DNA of 64,000 bases from Macrostomum lignano. Taxonomy: Eukaryota. Within the stretch, counting starts at the first letter, position 1. Every line of letters begins with the position of its first letter. Below, piece after piece: positions 61,318-64,000 of the stretch. The stretch is taken from NCBI GenBank assembly GCA_002269645.1, contig NIVC01000465.1, positions 62,001-126,000 on the forward strand. The letters run 5' to 3'. Below the pieces are notes generated by a model. It made no database searches, was not told the DNA's origin, and saw nothing but the letters and a program-made list of their open reading frames with translations. The position numbers were made by a program, and so were the translations under genes.

Positions 61318-64000
61318 CTAGCAATCTACGCCCCCCGTTGGGGAGCCAAAGAAATGCAATACACGTTTTTTTAATAAGCTACATGTATCCTTGAAATCTT
61401 AAAAAATCTCCTATCAAACCTTGTAAGCCTTGACATGTCAGTAATTCCCCCCCACAAGCTTTAACATATCAACTTCCCCCCTTGACATCTCAGCCATGCC
61501 CCCAATAAGCCTTGGAAATCTAAAAATATCTGTCAACCTTCTAACCCTAACCCTAACCTAACCCTAAAGCATTGAAATTTCAGTAATTCTCTTTAAGAGT
61601 CATTATAGCACTACTACAGCATTATAGCGATTCCCTGCAAGCCTCGACATCGTAGGGATTCCCAAATGAATATCTTAACTTCGACATGAAGCTTCTTTTA
61701 TTTTTTACATTACGCTTTTTTAATCAGCGATCCCTCCCCTGAGGAGGCATCAAATAATGTAATAAAAAGTTTTCAATAAACTACATGTAGCTTCTGACTT
61801 TAGCCTTGAAATCTCATTTATACCCCCGTGAGCCTTGACATCTCAGCTATTCCCCCGTAAGCCTTAACATGTCAGCGATGGCGCCCATAAACCTTGAAAT
61901 CTGAAAAATCCCCTGCTAACCTTGAAACTCGATAAAATATAACCCTCAACCCACACCTGACCTAAACCTAACTTTAACCCAACATAAAGCCTTGAAATCT
62001 CAGCAATTCTTCTCCCCTAAGCCTTGACATTTTAGTGATTCCTTCTTTAAGAATCACAGCACTATAACGATTTCCACCTAGCTTTGACATCGTAGCAATT
62101 CCCAAATGAATCTTTTAACTTCGACATGACTTTTCTTTTATGTATACATAGTGCTACTTTTATTTTTTACATGACTCTTCTTCTATCAGCGCCTCCCGTG
62201 GCGAGCCAACAAAGAATGCAATAAAAAAATTGAGTAAAGTACATGAACTTTGAATTAGCTTCTGACTTTTGCTTTGACATCTCAGAAACCCCCCCCCCGT
62301 AATCTCAGTTATTCTCTGAGAGCCTTGACGTCTCAGTTTTTCTCCCCAGCACAGCATTATAGCTGCATTTAATTTTTCCATGACACCTTTCATGTCTGAC
62401 ATGACGCTTCTTTTATTCTACTATGATGCTTCTTAATTTTTTAAATGACACTTTCATTAGTTTTTAAATGACGCTTCTATGATTTTTTCATGACGATTCT
62501 ATGATTTTTTACATGACGCTTCTATGATTTTTAGATGACGCTTTGATGATTGTTTACATGACGCTTATATGATTTTTAACATGACGCTTCTATGATTTTT
62601 AAAATGACGCTTCTATGATTGTTTACGTGACGCTTCTATGATTTTTTACATGACGCTTCTATGATTTTTAACATGACGCTTCTATGATTTTTATATTACG
62701 CTCTTACGATTTTTTACATGACGCTTCTATGATTGTTTACACGATGCTTCTATGATTTTTACATGGCGCTTCTATGATTGTTTACATGGCGCTTCTATGA
62801 TTGTTTATATGACGCTTCTATGATTTTTTAAATGACGCTTCTACGATTTTTTACATGACGCTTTTATGATGTTTTAGATGACGCTTCTATGATTTTTTAC
62901 ATGACGCTTCTATGATTTTTTTACATGACGCTTCTATGATTGTTTACACGATGCTTCTATGATTTTTTACATGACGCTTCTATGATTTTTTACATGACGC
63001 TTCTATGATTTTTACATGACGCTTCTATGATTTTTACATGACGCTTCTATGATTTTTTACATGACGCTTCTATGATTGTTTACATGACGCTTCTATGATT
63101 TTTTACATGACGCTTCTATGATTGTTTACATGACGCTTCTATGATTGTTTACATGACGCTTCTATGATTTTTTAAATGACGTTTTTTGATTTTTATATGA
63201 CGCCTCTATGATTTTTTAAATGACGCTTCTATGATTTTTATATTACGCTCTTACGATTTTTTACATGACGCTTCTATGATTGTTTACACGATGCTTCTAT
63301 GATTTTTTACATGACTCTTCTATGATTTTTACATGACGCTTCCATGATTGTTTACATGACGCTTCTATGATTTTTTACATGACGCTTCTATGATTGTTTA
63401 CATGACGCTTCTATGATTGTTTACATGACGCTTCTATGATTTTTTAAATGACGCTTCTATGATTTTTATATGACGCTTCTATGATTGTTTACATGACGCT
63501 TCTATGATTGTTTACATGGCGCTTCTATGATTGTTTACATGACGCTTCTATGATTGTTTATATGACGCTTCTATGATTTTTTAAATGACGCTTCTACGAT
63601 TTTTTACATGACGCTTTTAAGATGTTTTAGATGACGCTTCTATGATTTTTTACATGACGCTTTATGATTTTTTACATGAAGCTTCTATGATTGTTTACAT
63701 GACGCTTCTATGATTGTTTGCATGACGCTTCTATAATTTTTTACATGACGCTTCCATGATTGTTTACATGACGCTTCTATGATTTTTTACATGACGCTTC
63801 TATGATTGTTTACATGACGCTTCTATGATTGTTTACATGACGCTTCTATGATTTTTTAAATGACGCTTCTATGATTTTTATATGACGCTTCTATGATTGT
63901 TTACATGACGCTTCTATGATTGTTTACATGACGCTTCTATGATTGTTTACATGACGCTTCTATGATTGTTTATATGACGCTTCTATGATTTTTAAATGAC
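61318..64000 (-). mobile_element. Related Helitron-like element 3 (partial) with internal duplications of about 400 bp and a 22/23-bp array (CATGACGCTTCTATGATTTTTA, 62400-64000)
   Basis: Plus strand CTAGCAATCTACGCCCCCCGTTGGGGAG at 61318 is the same terminal motif as at 53925 and 58330. Confidence 0.7.

Overview
This is repeat-rich eukaryotic (metazoan) DNA with spliceosomal GT-AG introns and GC-rich exons in an AT-rich background. The gene and repeat style suggests an invertebrate, possibly a flatworm such as Macrostomum; that is inference only. Six protein-coding genes are supported. (1) The 3' part of a matrix metalloproteinase (catalytic plus hemopexin domains, + strand, 2445-5259). (2) A two-exon orphan of about 899 aa (- strand, 7449-10832) with possible C2-like and CBM20-like modules, a Thr linker, an internally duplicated helical motif and a hydrophobic C-terminus. 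(3, 4) Two paralogous divergent rhodopsin-type GPCRs (+ strand, 16447-18341 and about 26971-28257) that differ by one intron. (5) A small ubiquitin-like ORF (30241-30537). (6) The 3' two-thirds of tomosyn/STXBP5 (- strand, 53833 to 34460), with a very large low-complexity insertion and a GC-AG last intron that is in frame and free of stop codons. Mobile DNA includes a truncated, internally deleted RNase H-type LINE, two tRNA-derived SINEs, an hAT-type MITE with an 8-bp target-site duplication (TSD) and a small inverted-repeat element. From 53925 to the window end lies a head-to-tail stack of three non-autonomous Helitron-like elements (5'-TC, 3'-hairpin-CTAG) that carry related minisatellite arrays and a tRNA-like cassette. 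Many micro- and minisatellites fill the rest. All exon boundaries were assigned by eye and no database searches were run.
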